A stretch of 64,000 bases of DNA from Adineta vaga (Eukaryota > Animalia > Rotifera). The position numbers and the translations under genes are program-made. The notes beneath the pieces were generated by a model. It saw only the letters and a program-made list of their open reading frames with translations, had not been told where the DNA came from and made no database searches. The stretch spans positions 15,004,001-15,068,000 of the forward strand of contig CP075495.1 in assembly GCA_021613535.1 (NCBI GenBank), given 5' to 3'. Positions 61,767 to 64,000 of this stretch are shown piece by piece; the first letter of the stretch is position 1; the number at the start of each line of letters is the position of its first letter.

Positions 61767-63545
61767 AAATAACCAGTGAAAACTTTTCAAAATGCTTTTT
61801 TTTTCTCTTTGCTGAATCAGTAAATAAATAATCTGTCAGTATTATTCAAGGGTAAGCCAAGCAAATACTTCACTTTCGTAGTCTACAAAAATAGATGACG
61901 AGCAAACTGATTAATAAAACAGAAAAGAAACCTTAAAAGAGAATAATGAAAAAAACATAGGAAGCATTGAAATATTTATCAAGTTTCTTCGAATATGCAT
62001 TGCCAAATGACAATATTCTTCACTGGAAGTGACACTTAACGGTTACTTTTTAAAAAAAAATTTTTTCTTTTCCGATTCAAAAACCATTATTTCTCACGCC
62101 TCAAGTACTAGTATCAATTATATAATGGTAAAATTTTATGCAAAAAGTAATTACTTCTGACAAGCAACTATAAAGTGCCACCACTTTTTTTTACGCAGAT
62201 AATTTGAAAGAAAAAAAATCACTGTTTACATAGAAAACTCAGGACATCAAAAGCAAATAATAGTAGACTCAATTCTTTTTTTTTCTCGCACCTTCTCTTC
62301 GATAACTTTGTGAAGGAAAATGAAAAAACTCTTTATGAAAACCTAGACTATCTGGATGAGACAATGTCGTCAATAATTAATTCACTGTTTTGCTGCGTTG
62401 TTTGTAAAGTGTTTGTTCTCTTCAGTTTGTTTTTGTATGACACTGGGAAAAAACTGACATAATTAAAGGTATAAAAACACTATCAAACGTCCATTTCTTA
62501 TCATTGTTGAAAGATAACAGAGTATGGCTTCAAATCAAGAACCTAGAGACTACTACGGTCCAAATCGTCGACCACGATCAAATTATAATACTAATAATTC
62601 ATATGGAAGAGGACGTAACAGCAATCGAGGATCATTTCAAAGTCACCCTCATCATTACGAAAGTGATTCAAGATCTGAAGAATATATGTCCGATCAGCAA
62701 AATCATCGAAGACAACGCCAGTTTGATAATTCTTCAACAGTTGAACTAAAACCAATTGATGATGACAAAAAAGCTTATGCTGTGAATCTTCAACTAGACC
62801 CAGTTGAAATGGGTATCATAGCTCGAAATAATCGGTGGCATCAAGAATTCAAAGGTTTAGGCGCATTTAATCGTTATTTTGGTTTATTATCATCAGAACA
62901 TGGTTTTGGTTATACACTTCCTGATATTTGGGATGGTTATTTTCATATAACACTTGCTAAATTTACTACTAAAATATCAGCGGAAAAACTCAAAGATAAA
63001 TTTCAACAATTTCGATATCCGATTGAAACGATTCCTTATATTCCGGATGTTGTTTTCCATACATCAACTATTGAAAGAATTCCGGGACCAAATCGTGGCA
63101 GAGGTCGAGAGAACATTGATTTTATTGTCTTGCCTATTGACATTACTCCTGAAGTTCAAACATTTTATGAAAGGATTCAATTATTACTTGATGCAATTAA
63201 AGAACTAGCCGGCAATCCAGAAGATTGGATCACAACAGAACTTAAGAAACTTCATGTTACTATAAGAAAATATTCAAATATTGATTATAATCTTTATCCA
63301 CTAAATAATATTCGAATTCAAGAATTTCCACTCGAATTTCGATGTTCATATGTCGGTGTTCGAGAACCACGAGACACAACAATTAATCGAATCATGCAGA
63401 ATGAAGATTTGTTTCGTGAATGGTTGTCTGGTGTAACTGAAATCCAGAGACATTGTTCAGGCTGTCAAACATTAATTACAACAAGGGATTGGCAAGGTTT
63501 CTGCTTTGCATGTGGAAACTACGAAATTATTAATCCTCTTTGGTC
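61767..63545 (+). repeat. About 1.8-kb duplicated block, copy 2
   Basis: Matches 49595-51372. Confidence 0.9.
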
Positions 63546-63642
63546 AAGTTTCGGTAATAATTCTAGTTTACGTCAAATTCAGCAAGCAAATTCTGAAAAT
63601 AGTGTTCTAAATCAATTAGTTGAAAATATATCTCTGAAATAA
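62524..63642 (+). CDS. 2H-phosphoesterase/Zn-ribbon protein, copy 2
   Basis: 372 aa with 5 substitutions versus copy 1 up to INPLWS, then a different C-terminal tail. Confidence 0.7.
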   Translation: MASNQEPRDYYGPNRRPRSNYNTNNSYGRGRNSNRGSFQSHPHHYESDSRSEEYMSDQQNHRRQRQFDNSSTVELKPIDDDKKAYAVNLQLDPVEMGIIARNNRWHQEFKGLGAFNRYFGLLSSEHGFGYTLPDIWDGYFHITLAKFTTKISAEKLKDKFQQFRYPIETIPYIPDVVFHTSTIERIPGPNRGRGRENIDFIVLPIDITPEVQTFYERIQLLLDAIKELAGNPEDWITTELKKLHVTIRKYSNIDYNLYPLNNIRIQEFPLEFRCSYVGVREPRDTTINRIMQNEDLFREWLSGVTEIQRHCSGCQTLITTRDWQGFCFACGNYEIINPLWSSFGNNSSLRQIQQANSENSVLNQLVENISLK

Positions 63643-63899
63643 TCCTTCATTAGCATATCAAAACTAAAAAAACTTTAACTTTATTCTGATTCAAACCTAT
63701 GGTTTTTTATTAAAAGAAGAATTAAAAAAGATATTTGGTTAAAGAATGAAATATTACTATTTATGATAGTAATCGCTTTCTTTCGCATGAAACTCATTAA
63801 TTGATTCAAATTGATTATGAGGCAAATTATAATAAATTCCACTTCGATTTCTGTTTACTATTTTATTTGATATAAATCAATTTCATTTTCTAGATTAAC

Positions 63900-64000
63900 A
63901 TGTCTAACAATAAGAGAAACAAAAAATATACACAAGACGCTGACGGTTGGAATCATCCTAATTCAAATGTCGAAGATAATACATGTACAACGAACAAGTC
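63900..64000 (+). CDS. Possible start of a gene running off the window
   Basis: The ATG at 63900 opens a stop-free frame (MSNNKRNKKYTQDADGWNHPN...) to the edge; too short to identify. Confidence 0.3.
   Translation, partial: MSNNKRNKKYTQDADGWNHPNSNVEDNTCTTNK

Noticed and set aside
1-64000. Prokaryotic or viral origin; rRNA/tRNA genes
   Set aside because: Spliceosomal introns, a GPCR, a LINE and Sec14 indicate an animal nuclear genome. No rRNA or tRNA was recognised by eye; tRNAscan/Infernal were not run.

Overview
AT-rich eukaryotic genomic DNA with many short GT-AG introns (mostly about 50-60 nt). The gene repertoire and degenerate TGTGGG motifs suggest a bdelloid rotifer; this is an inference. 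That repertoire includes receiver-like/ART/TPR proteins, an F-box/LRR-like gene and a class A GPCR. Positions 2594-33978 form a head-to-tail duplication with a period of about 15.8 kb. Each unit carries MAPEG, two membrane-protein loci, ART-TPR, Ubl-ART (NEURL4/PARP-like), a receiver-like protein and CRAL-TRIO. The first half of the two copies is nearly identical; the second half is clearly diverged and shows reciprocal gene inactivation. A full-length LINE (38967-44104, 13-bp TSD) sits in an intron of an F-box/LRR-like gene. The most notable locus is a 5-exon gene of about 1031 aa (45798-49105, minus strand). It joins a CMTR2-type cap methyltransferase with intact catalytic motifs to a G-patch, a degenerate CMTR1-type methyltransferase and a WW domain. 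It lies head-to-head with an intronless 2H-phosphoesterase/zinc-ribbon gene, which is duplicated at 62524. Nearby are a PERK/PKR-like eIF2-alpha kinase pseudogene, EXOG, two orphan copies of the CMTR tail and a 1-kb TTAA-flanked foldback element. All family calls come from manual motif recognition, not database searches.
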